64,000 nucleotides of DNA. Origin: Podarcis erhardii. Lineage: Eukaryota. Positions 51,143-62,082 of the stretch are shown here, one piece after another (position 1 is the stretch's first letter; each line of letters begins with the position of its first letter). The notes beneath the pieces were generated by a model. That model had not been told where the DNA came from, ran no database searches, and saw nothing but the letters and a program-made list of their open reading frames with translations. The stretch is taken from NCBI GenBank assembly GCA_964252035.1, contig OZ176204.1; one strand, given 5' to 3'. A program made the translations under genes and the position numbers.

Positions 51143-51418
51143 CCTGAAATCGCATTCTTTAGGGCAACTAAAAAAGTAAGCAAAATAAAGGTTATGCTAC
51201 AGTAATTCATCACCATGTCCAATCCGTCTCTAGGTGACTGCAAAATGTGAGATGTGTCTGACAATTGAGAAAAGGAAAGGTGAAGATTTACAGAGTTTAC
51301 TTTAAGTATGCAGGGAATAGTTTTCACTTCAATAAATTTGTAGGCCACATATCAAGTACCTTAAGCACCTTATAAATGAAAGATAAATTGCAAGATAACA
51401 AATCAGAGTTATGACTCG

Positions 51419-51771
51419 GGTGCCTCGCAAGACGAAAAGAATCCGTTCCGTGATTCTCTTCGTATAGCGGTTTTTTCGTCTTGCGAAGCAAGCCCATTGA
51501 CAGCTTAGCGGATTAGCGCTATTAGCGGTCTAGCGGCTTTTAGCGATCAGCTGAGAAGCGGCTTATCAGCGGATCAGCTGTTAAGCGGCTTAGCAGCTTA
51601 GGAAAAGCAGGGGAAAAAGCGGAAAAAACCCGCGGGAACTCGCAAGATTTTTTTGTCTTGCGAAGCAACCCCATAGAGAAATTTGTTTAGCGAAGCGCCT
51701 CCAAAACGGAAAACCCTTTCGTCTAGCGGGTTTTCCGTCTTGTGAGGCGTTCGTCTTGCGGGGCACCACTG
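51419..51771 (+). mobile_element. Tc1/mariner-type MITE, family 2, copy A (left TIR tip eroded)
   Basis: GTGCCTCGCAAGACGAAAAGAATCCG... nearly identical by eye to 40507; ends GGCACCACTG. Confidence 0.9.
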
Positions 51772-53160
51772 TGCTTTAGTAAAGTATGTGGATTGTTTCC
51801 GATAACAAGGGATTACATTGTTGCAGATTACATTGATATAAAGCCAATAGTACCAATTATATGGGCCTTTCTACATAAAAAGCTTGTTTGCTTTTTTTTT
51901 TTGCTGTATTTGTGCCCTGCTCTCTTTTAGAGCATCAAACATAGTGTTACGAAATATTAGCCATCCAGGTACTAATGGGTTTATCTTCTGGTGGAACTAC
52001 TGAAAGTGATGAAAGCCATTTTAGAGAAAAAAAGATCCAGGGTGAAAGATTCTGATGTGTGTATCCTCTGTATGCCTGCCTCAAGGGCTGATTTAATAAT
52101 GTAGGCTAAAACCCAATTAAAAATATACCAAAAAACATACATTATTTTTTTAAAATAAAACTCACTCATTTAATATTTCCCCCCAGAAAGCTTAAGTTGG
52201 AAAGGTCAACTTGTGAGCACACATGAGGGAAATGCAAAGATCTCAGATAAGAAAGTTGAGCCACTTCTAGAGACTGGTAAACACTGGCGAAGGTTCAACA
52301 CCTGGAGAGGCAAGGCATACTTCTCCACATCAAATTGTTTGAATTTAATGTGTGGAGAAGGGTGGGAAACAGGATCAGGCTGACAGGCAATGATTATGCC
52401 AGGTGACTGACAGATGGGCAGTCCCCCCCACCCATCTGGGCCACCAGACAGATTTTATTCTCCACCCCTGCTATAAACATAAAAGGTTTTGTAAAGTTTC
52501 TCACAAAGATGTGTATTGTTCCAAGGTTTTCTGAGTGACAGCTACATGCTTAAAAGCAAATTTATAAATGTAAGCAACATATTACTGCTTGTGAAACTCA
52601 GCATCTTTTTAAAACAAATGCAAGATAGCTATTGAGCTACATACGGTAGATTTGTGCTACTCAACTTGAGTATCTTGCTGTTCCTTACAAACTCACCCCC
52701 CCCCACTCCCTATTCTTTTTTATTCAGTCTGACTTTGTTCATTTGGGCATAATTCTAGGTATGTACACATATGGCTGTTGCTGAAGTCTCTATTTTTGAA
52801 GCTCTTAAGTAGTACTTTATATTGCAATAATAATTAAGCCTGATTGTAACACAAAAAAGAAAAAATGTCGCCTCAGATGTTATGTTATCCAGGTTTGTTT
52901 CAATGAGATGCTTAACACACCCATGCAATGTATAAATATTGAAGAATGGGCTGTTGAGTATCCTTTTCCCATGTAGGCCATGTATGTCTACATATGTATG
53001 CTATATGGCTAATATGCATGCTTTAAATAAATTTTAAAGTACTGGACTTTTCAGCAAACCTAGCTTTCCTGCTGCTTTTAACTGCTCGTTTCATGGTGAT
53101 GGTTGTATCACAAGATTATCCCAAAAACTTCTGCGAAAGGTGGTATAAAAAGCCTTAGAC

Positions 53161-53298
53161 CAGCATTTCCCCAAACTTGGGTTTGCCGGCTGTTTTTGGA
53201 CTATAACCCCCATCATCCCTGACCACTGGTCCGGACAGCTAGGGATCACGGGAGTTGTAACTCAACACCAGCTGGAGACCCAAGTCTGGGATACACTG
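53161..53298. mobile_element. URR1-like hAT MITE in CEP63 intron 1
   Basis: cagcatttcccc...gggatacactg; TSD CCTTAGAC / CCTTCGAC. Confidence 0.8.
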
Positions 53299-54203
53299 CC
53301 TTCGACAAATAACTGATGTGGGTGCAATACGATAAAAACTTTTAAGCTGCAAGGTTTACAGCTGCAAGCAGTTAAAAGGCCTCAGTTGAAAGGGGCGGGT
53401 GTAATTAACAAAAGAGTGTTAATTCAAAAACACATCCAGAGTTAAGCACAACAAAGAAATGCTTTGCTAAAACAAGTATCTGTAAAATCAGAAGCACAAG
53501 CTGCTTGGGAATGAACTGAACGGTGGCGCTTTGCTTCCAAACAAGTAAGTGCAACACAGAGCTGGGCTGCAAAAAGCTATAAAACACGGGCTGAATTGCT
53601 GCAAGCAGGGCAGGCAAAAGGTCGCCAACGTTTCCCCCCGTTAAAAAAGGGTAGCTTGCAGCAAATGGCCGCAGGCCACCATTGAGCTGGAATCTGCCGC
53701 CTCCGACTGACCGTGGCTCCTGTCCCTCGAGGAAGAGGAGGAGAGGGAGCTTTTCACAGCATGGAAGTAAAAGGGCGCAGTTGTTTCCCCCTGGCCGCTT
53801 TTCTAAGGCGCTGCTTTCTAAGGGCCGACCTTGGAGACGAATCTCCACGCCCAAGTCGCCACCGAGGGCCAGAGCTCCGCGCTCCCAGCCGGCGGAGGGC
53901 AGCAGCCAGGAGGCAGTTTCGCGCGTGGGTCGCGTGCACACGTTACGAAGTAACCGAGGAGTGCGCCGCGAGGGAGAGGCGGTTCTGCTGCCCGCGAAGC
54001 GCCAAGGGCCAACGAGGCGGCACGCGCCCGGGTGAGGAGAGGAGAAAGAAGGGACGCCTCGCCAAGCTCCCGTCGCCCGGAGAAAGAGAAACGAGCCCGC
54101 CCGATCAACGCCGCGCCCGGGGTAATGGCCAGCGAAACAGAGGGTCGAGCTTTTCTTCTCACGCCGTCTCCCGCGCAAGCCACTCAGCCACGCCCCCAGT
54201 TAC

Positions 54204-54300
54204 CTCAGAACTTGGTTCGTGACTCCCGCCCGCGTTGTTTGGATAAGACTAGCGACGCTCTCTTCTTTTTCTTCCCCTCCATTTCTATGGGTTTCCGGCT
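54204..54300 (-). other. CEP63: Probable CEP63 non-coding exon 1 (5' end approximate)
   Basis: donor CTGAG|gtaact at 54204/54203 on - inside the CpG island; TSS not determinable from sequence. Confidence 0.55.
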
Positions 54301-54304
54301 TCTG

Positions 54305-54363
54305 GAGCCGCTTCCTGTGATGTCACTTCCTCTGCTGGTTCGGAAAACAGTGGCGCGTCTTAG
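54305..54363 (+). other. ANAPC13: Probable ANAPC13 non-coding exon 1 (5' end approximate)
   Basis: donor TTAG|gtgaga at 54363/54364; matching acceptor ctcctttataacgcag| at 54508, 27 nt before the ATG. Confidence 0.6.
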
Positions 54364-54535
54364 GTGAGAAGGTGGCGGGTGACAGGAGCGGGGCGGCGGC
54401 GGTTGTCCCAAGCCGCCTGCCTTTTTCCGAATGAAAGCAAAGCGCAGGTACGCTTAGGATCAGGGTCCGAAGCCCGTGTGTGCCGTGGACGCCTCCTTTA
54501 TAACGCAGCCCTGGTTCTCCCCGATCTGCACGAAG

Positions 54536-54634
54536 ATGGACAGCGAAGTGCAGAGAGACGGGCGGATCCTCGATTTGATCGACGACGCGTGGAGGGAAGA
54601 TAAGTTGCCCTACGAAGATGTGGCAATACCGCTG
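54536..54634 (+). CDS. ANAPC13: ANAPC13 (APC/C subunit 13) first coding exon
   Basis: MDSEVQRDGRILDLIDDAWREDKLPYEDVAIPL|gtgagt, recognisable APC13 N-terminus. Confidence 0.98.
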
Positions 54635-54817
54635 GTGAGTTGAGTGGGCGCTCAAGAGCCTGGCCCTGAATTGGTTTCCCTGGGTCAGACATCGAACCAC
54701 ATGGGCAGGGGCAGTATCTGCCTCATGGTGCTAGTCTGGTTCAGGAAAGGGGCCGATCTCTGTGCCCCCTTTCTCCTCATCAGGTGGGTGACGCCCAGAT
54801 GCACACAGTCCTAAATT

Positions 54818-54862
54818 TAATAATAATAATAATAATAATAATAATGATGATGATGATGATGA
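54818..54862. repeat. Compound (TAA)9(TGA)6 microsatellite in the ANAPC13 intron
   Basis: read directly. Confidence 0.95.
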
Positions 54863-55509
54863 ACCTTTTGCAACCAGGGGCAAAACTGCACGGTATGAGG
54901 CAAGCGCAGTTCCCAAGTCAATATTTGACTCATATTGCTAATGTGGGTAACTTCCCACTGCAAGCATAGTTAAATGTAATTTGTAGCTGGGTTTGCACGC
55001 TTCGTGGAGGATCCTGGCTTCCTTCACATCTTTTGTAGCAATATTGAAACAGGTCAGAATTGCCTCATTAAAAGTACTTGGTTCTTTATTTATTTTAAAG
55101 TCCCATAGTGGGCTTCAGCATTAAAATGCAATGTATTAAAAACAGTTTAAAACTGTACTTTCCAGAGCCACATTTTGTGCCATCTGTATCTATGCACATT
55201 TCTTGGATTAGTATACCACACAGTACAAGAAACTGGCTCTAGTGAGCATGCTTAGCTGAAGTGGAAAATGATACTACAATGTATGTATATTTCACCCATC
55301 TAGTAAATTTCTCCTCTTGACTCTCTCAAATGCCTGTTTGTAAAGAGTTGAATTGTCACTTGCCAACACAAAAGCATGAAGGACCAAGACAGTGATGGGA
55401 GTTTCATGATGTGCTGGGAGCCATCACAGAGAAAACTGTCTCAGGACACTGCACAATTAACCATATCTATTGAGTAAACTTATTGAGTTCTAAGCAGTTA
55501 AGGTATTTT

Positions 55510-56170
55510 AATGTCAATAGCTATATTTTTAGTCTGGTAGCAGATAGTCAGCCAGTGCAGTTGCTGCAGAACTGATGTAATGCGAGATCTCTTCATCACA
55601 CCCCTCACCACTCTTGCAGCTGTATTCTGGACTTGATGCAGCTTCCAGACCTCCTTCAAGATTAGCCTTACACAGAGCCTGATACAATAGTTAAACCAGG
55701 AGTTTAACAATCCATGAATAACTTGGCCAGCCTCTTTTGGAGCAGTAAGAATCAAAGCTGGCATATCAACTGGAGCTGGAAATAGCCACTGAAGCCATTT
55801 GGGATTCTATCAACAGATATTATTCCAAATGTACCCACAAGCTACATACCTACGCCTTCAGGGAGAGCACAGTCCTTTGCAGATCACTTTACTGACCCTT
55901 ATCTAGTCTATAACTCCCTGTGGGCAATGATTCAATGCTTGCACAGCTTCACTGTGGTAAGGAGAGATAGGGTTGGTTGTCATCAGCTTTCTGGTGACAC
56001 CATTCCCCAATCCCTGAGTGACCTCTGCAAGTAGCTTCATATACCAGTAGATGCTAAACAGTATAAAGGATAGTATGGAACAAAAGCCATAGAAGTCCCC
56101 CAATGCCACTCTCTGGTAGTGGACATGCAAGTAGGGGAAGACTCACCATAACGGTGCCTCAAATAACCTG
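55510..56170 (-). mobile_element. L2-type LINE remnant in the ANAPC13 intron
   Basis: ORF 55498..55764: ..KLHQVQNTAARVVRGVMKRSRITSVLQQLHWL, the L2 motif KLQLVQNAAARL...HITPVL..LHWL; boundaries approximate. Confidence 0.75.
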
Positions 56171-56479
56171 TCCCACAAAACTAATCTGGGAGGATGTCAT
56201 GGTTTATGGTAGCGAAAGCTTCCAAGAGATCAAGGAGAGTCAACAGGAATGGGGATACACACACACACATCAGGCAGAAAACACACACACAAAATGTTCT
56301 CCCAAAATATAGACATAGCTGGAATTGCAATTTTTTCTGGCATACTTCATAAACAGATATGTGAGATACATTTTTCTTTCAGTCACATTTATTGGTCCCT
56401 AATCCATCAGTGTCAAATATTTCTAGATGCTATTGCTTTTTAAAACATTTTTAATAATTTAATATGTTTCTGTTCTCAG

Positions 56480-56605
56480 AATGAGCTTCCTGAACCAGAA
56501 CAAGACAATGGCGGCACAACAGAATCTGTAAAAGAACAAGAAATGAAATGGACTGACTTGGCTTTGCAGTACCTTCATGAAAATATTCCTCCAACAGGAA
56601 ACTAG
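56480..56605 (+). CDS. ANAPC13: ANAPC13 last coding exon (protein 74 aa)
   Basis: gttctcag|AATGAG...AACTAG; NELPEPEQDNGGTTESVKEQEMKWTDLALQYLHENIPPTGN*. Confidence 0.98.
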   Translation, partial: NELPEPEQDNGGTTESVKEQEMKWTDLALQYLHENIPPTGN

Positions 56606-56679
56606 TGTGCCTGTGATACTTCTTGCAGTAATTAAAGTGTTTCCAGCACTTCATCCACATCTACCTGCTTTAATTTGGA

Positions 56680-56685
56680 AATAAA
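56680..56685 (+). terminator. ANAPC13 proximal poly(A) signal (second AATAAA at 57208-57213)
   Basis: AATAAA 75 nt after the stop codon. Confidence 0.6.
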
Positions 56686-59600
56686 ACATTTGTAAAACTT
56701 CCAATCCTGAGTCACTGATTATTAGGTCTTTGTAGATATATCAGAGCCTTAGAAGCTGCACACAATAAGTGTGTGTAAATTAATAATTCCTTAAAACATG
56801 TCAGGGTTGTTGTTTTTACATCCTGTTTCATTGTTGGGGGTCTGTGATATGAGCCAAGGAACAGTTCCCAGTGGCAGTAAACATTAACCAAACTGTATGG
56901 ATAATGTTAGTCTCTGTTTGATACTTGGTTGCAAGCTGATGGTATGACCTCACCAGACCAGTTACACTATATCATATTGGATGTTTAGATCAAGCAGAAG
57001 AGACAAACAATCTGAACTTTCTTTTACGGTCTTTATGAGTCTGAGTCTGTCCTAAACACTGCTTCTGAGTAATAGGCATTAAAAGAATTTTACACAAACA
57101 TTTCTGAAGAGGGTAAAAGAAGGTTTGCAGTTTGTATATTTTTATTACAGATCTCCTTCCCAATGTCATAGAAATCCTCTTAACATTTATTCCATGTATT
57201 TATATTAAATAAATGTGTTAGTAACTGTGTGGTTGTTCTTTGAATGAACTTGGTGAAATATGCAGTGGGTCTCTCGTGAGTTCTGCAGCAGCTGGTCAGA
57301 GGGTAAAACTGTCTTGTAAATTTCACTCTTTTAGCTTTTTAAGGAAAGGTGTGTAGATTTCACTTCAGCAAAGTCAGTATGAGTCAGTTGCAACAAGAAC
57401 AAGGCAGAGGGAGAGGGGTGGATAAAACAACTACAGAGAGAAACTGCTACAGGGAGAAAGTCCAGTTAAGACTATAAAACTACAGGTTTGTTTTAGCTTT
57501 CTTCTTTCCTTTGAGTGGCACACATACCGTGAGTTCTTTTAATTGCCATGATTAAGACCTAATTTTTCAGGTAATACGGACCCAATGCGGTTTTTGCCAT
57601 AATTCCCCATGGCAGGATTCAAACTTCGTATTTTTGTTCCTTCTAGTCTGTATGTAAGGGTATGTGGGGAGATAAAGACAAGGTAGTTTAAGGCCGTAGT
57701 CCTAGGAATCCTGATCTGGTAAGCAGCATGTTGTCTCTAATACTTACTCATGGTCTCAACTCCTCCAATCTGCAGCCAAATATTTACTGTAGTAGGCTAG
57801 CTTTCAGGGATAATTCAACAAGCAAGTTTTCCTGAAGACAGAGAGAAACTTCAATGGAAAGCAAATGAGTGAAACAGTATCACAGCAACAAAAGTGCATC
57901 TATTCTACCAGTTGCTACATACATATTTTAAGTGGCATGAGAATTTGAGACAGTAAATCAAAAACACAATATGTACTAATCTTAGAAGCTGGATTTATGG
58001 CTGCAGTACTTCAAGCTGAACAGGAAAAGAACTGGTGAATCCTACAAGGGCAGGCCCATGCCCTCTGCAGCTAAAGTTATTAATTGTTAAGCAACTTTGG
58101 GTTTAGGTGGCAGCGACAGATTTAGGGAAGTGTGACTGATTCAGTCACACTGGATGTGGAGCCTCAGGGGCACCGCAACTATGATATAGAATGGAAGGTG
58201 GGGTGCCAAATTTTGCCATTGTACAGGGCATTGCTGAAACTTGAGGCTCCAAGGTATGCCACTGCAGGTGGACCTATTATCTGGTTCAGATCACAGGTTC
58301 CAAATATATATATTTTTCAGGTTGACAGACTCCAAAAATAAGTCCTTTTTAAAGTGCTGATCAACCAGAGCAGTATTTTAAAATTCAGTAGGGAGGTGCT
58401 ATACACCTGTAAAATGCAGTGCTGCTTATGGTGTTCAAGTGCTAAACTCTTCCTTCTACTATCCAGCAGAGGTCGCGAAAGAGCCTTTGGTCAGCTTATT
58501 TGATCACATTGCATGAACTCTTTATGTGCTTGAAGTGGTAGTTTTCTCTTACAGTGAATTACTATTCATTCTGTACTGGGTTTCATGAAGAATTGGGGCT
58601 TCCTAGATCAATACTCTTTAAGTTCATCTTCCATAATGCTCTTATAAAGACAGATTGGGGGTGCTACATAATCAACATGCATAATAATAATAACATTCTA
58701 ATGGTTGCTGCTTTGAGAGGAAGAGGTTTTGCAACTAAAAAAGCAAGGAGAATACGCACTTAACGGATTTTGTACTGCATCTCGCCCCAAATGTTTCCTC
58801 AGAACCTCCAGGTACATGTTTATAAGGTAAATATTCATCTGGACCCCCTTTGGCGAAAACACATAAGGGGTGGGGAGTTGCAAGGGGGAAATGGGAGGAT
58901 CAAGAAATCTTTCTCCTGCTTTTTAGTGAAAGTCCACTTGTTTATTAGAAGCTGTCATCAGAGTTTTATTGTGTATCTTTGTATGTGATGTGTAGTTCTG
59001 CGCTTAGATAGCTAGTTTCCACCTACCCTATGGAGACATTAGTAGTTATGTGATGAGCTCCTGTAGAGTCAGGTGATGTGAAAAGATCCAGCAGCACACA
59101 ATGTGCTCCAGCAATACTGTACTGAGCTTTTCTAATCAGCCACAAAAATGTGTTTTGCTGAAAAGTGCGGAATATGTGGACCCTGGTTTCACAGAGAGCC
59201 CACAAGGCAATATGCAAAGCCCTGGCACATAAGACCACAATCCATAAAACTGCAATCTAATTCAGTACCATCTGCAAAACGTTTATATTTTCTTCCCAAC
59301 AACAGTCTCTCAGCTTAGTTTACAGGCTGTTTTTTCTAGGGCTGAAGAACTTTAAAAATAGTTTGCAATGTTGCCACTGGGGAGGAGCTGTTAAGGAAAA
59401 TAGTTGAAAGTCCTGCTGGGCACATACAAGCTTTCCACATGCCTAAAGGAGCTCACGGGATTTGTGGCTTCTGGGTTTCCAAGTATGCAGCATACTTTGC
59501 CCTTTACATAATACTGGAAATTTTTAATGTGCATTGGTTGGATTAAAGTTGGACTAAATGTGTCAATGCAGGAGGTGGAGCAAGGAAGCAGGTTTCTCTT

Positions 59601-62056
59601 GAAGCCTTTTCTGTTAAGGACAACAGTTTGAAGCCTTTAAGAAAAATAGGCCAGATGTAGGTTTTCCACAGACTTTACTGAAGTGAGTTGAGGGGATTTG
59701 GGAGGGAGGGTCTTCCTTGAGAGATCAGACCAATGGGACCTGAATGTCACTGAGGTGTGTTCTCAATTGTAAAAAATTATCTGGCATTTCCCATTGGTCT
59801 CTGAAAACTTAGGTTTTATGGGTAGCTATCAACTTTCACTGAATTCCTGACATTTACTGTGAAACTATATTTCTTCAGTGATGACAACCCAGCAATCCAA
59901 ACCACCATCTACCTAACACCTATATGTTGCAAGAATTGCAAAATAAAATTCAGCTGCACTAATTAATCAGGTGTTTAATTACAATTAAGAACATTGCTAA
60001 CGGCAAACAAGGTCTTTCTACACCAGATAATGAAAATGTTGGGAGTTTGTTGGAATGCAAGACATCGCTTGTAAATTGGCATCTATTAAGCTAAAGGACC
60101 AATTAGTTATGTCATGCAATTAACATTCTGGATATACAACATTGTTCATATACAAGGATTGCAATCTCAGTGACTTGACACTGAAATTAAAAACCACTGC
60201 ATTATAAAAGTTACCAACTTTTTGGCATGTTGCACGTCAGAATTGCACACTACAGTAATGTTATTAAAGATTTATTTTTCTTATGCAAGAAGTCATACTT
60301 TAAAGAATAAAGGTAGAAATATAACAAATTATGAACTGGGAAGCAAGAGCCCATTTATGGCTAAAGCCATCTGATTATATAAACGTGAGAATTTTGTGCA
60401 TAACTAGTAAAGGTCCCTATATAATATGGGGCCTGGTGCAATAAATTAATAAATGAAGGTCTGCTTCTGACATAATATATTTCTCAACTCACCTTTTGAT
60501 ACCATGCTATCCTGGTTTAATGAGACTAGCTTTGGTTACCCTCAAACCTTCTCAATGTATTTGTATATAATGACTGGAGAGAATATTCCTGCCTTCTCTC
60601 TCCATCTTCTTTTTCAAGTACAGTAGGGTCAGGCAATAACTTACAGCTGCAACTGGGCTTGGGGCCAAGGTTGAGAAGGGAAGTATTTCTTTGTGAATTC
60701 TCTCCATCTTCTTGTTGATCATCTCCCAACAGCTGAGACAGAACCATTTTACATGTTAATAGATACACAAAATGTTTTACAAGCAGTAAACAAAAGAATG
60801 TATAAAATGTGTGAGGGGCAAACCGGTGTCGCATGTGTGAGTCATACCTGTATGTGAACCAGAGAGCAGGAGTTGCCTGGTACATGCACTTTTGATGGCA
60901 TACACAGTTGCTGCCATTTTGTTTGTGCAGTAGCCCTAAGACAGATTCTGTCCTTCATTTTCTGGCTCCGGGTCCATAGATTATGACATCCCATGAGTGA
61001 GAGAGAGAGAAAGAGAAGTTGAAAGGAAGCCACTCCAGCTCACTGAGGCTATCAAACTTTGGTGTATCAACAGAGAGCTCATTTAACCTGTTTATAAAAC
61101 TTGTTATAGTGATATTCTTCAACAAAGGCATGCAAAAATGGTGCGCTGGAGAACAGAACTTCACACAGGGCACTCCTGGTGGGAGTTGGGAGCCTATTTT
61201 CAACAGTTTCTCATTCCCTCTGTGGCCTGTTTCTCCTGCATATCTCTATACTCTCTTGCAAATCTGCAGAGGTCTGGGTATCTCTCTGGAATAGTGTAGG
61301 AGATGTTGCAGGAAGCAGTTGGAGGGAACTGGCAAAAAGAATCTCCCTCCAACAGGAACCTCCTGTGAATTGCATCCCCTTCTGCAAACAGAATGGCAAC
61401 TCTGGTTGTGTCTTGGTGTTAATAGCCTCAGAAACGTAATAATACTTGTCACTTTTGTGATTGTGCACATGAGGCCGTAATAAGAATGTAAATACTTTTG
61501 GAGTTGCGATGGCCTTTTTCGCACAAACTGCTGAATGTGTCTATATAAAAACACTGGATGCATTCAGACATAACACCAAACAATGATTTGGCACTATATT
61601 AATTATGTTTCCATGTTCTCTTTCATTTTGCTCTTACACTAGTTTGTCAAAAATCTGGAGAAGGGGAAGGATAAATCTTCAAGGTGGCAACAACTAGAGG
61701 TCATATTGTGACCCTAATTTCTTTGTTCAGGTCAAAGGGGAACATTTATTTATAATATTTATATACCCTTCATCAAAATTGATTCCAGGGCAATTGTGAA
61801 TTCCAGTTGTGCTAATATTCCTCTTGTTCACCTCCTGCAAATACAATGGTTGCAAAAAGTTTTGTTGTTTAGTCGTGTAGTATAATTTCCACAAAAATCG
61901 ATGGCACTTGGGCATTTTAATTCCTGCCCATTATACAGACAGGGAAAACACCCATTTCAAGCAACAAAGAGGGAAAGGTTCATCCTCTTTTTTCCCTCCC
62001 TTTCCTCGTTTGTCGCTGATTTCCATCAACCCCATGCGCGTGTGTGCACATGCTCA

Positions 62057-62082
62057 CTCTCTCTCTCTCTCTCTCACACACA
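62057..62082. repeat. (CT)n(CA)n microsatellite
   Basis: read directly. Confidence 0.85.

Larger units (their letters stand above)
53640..54700. promoter_or_regulatory. CpG island / bidirectional promoter of CEP63 and ANAPC13
   Basis: strongly GC- and CpG-rich against an AT-rich background; ETS/GABP-type cores TTCCGG (54293), CCGCTTCCTG (54308), CACTTCCT (54324); CRE-like TGATGTCA (54318); GC box near 54225; divergent first exons. Confidence 0.85.

Noticed and set aside
53405-54222. Long overlapping ORFs (257, 169, 121, 117 aa) near the CEP63 5' end
   Set aside because: They lie in the CpG island where stop codons are rare, are open on both strands at once, are Arg/Pro/Ala/Gly-rich and show no recognisable domain.
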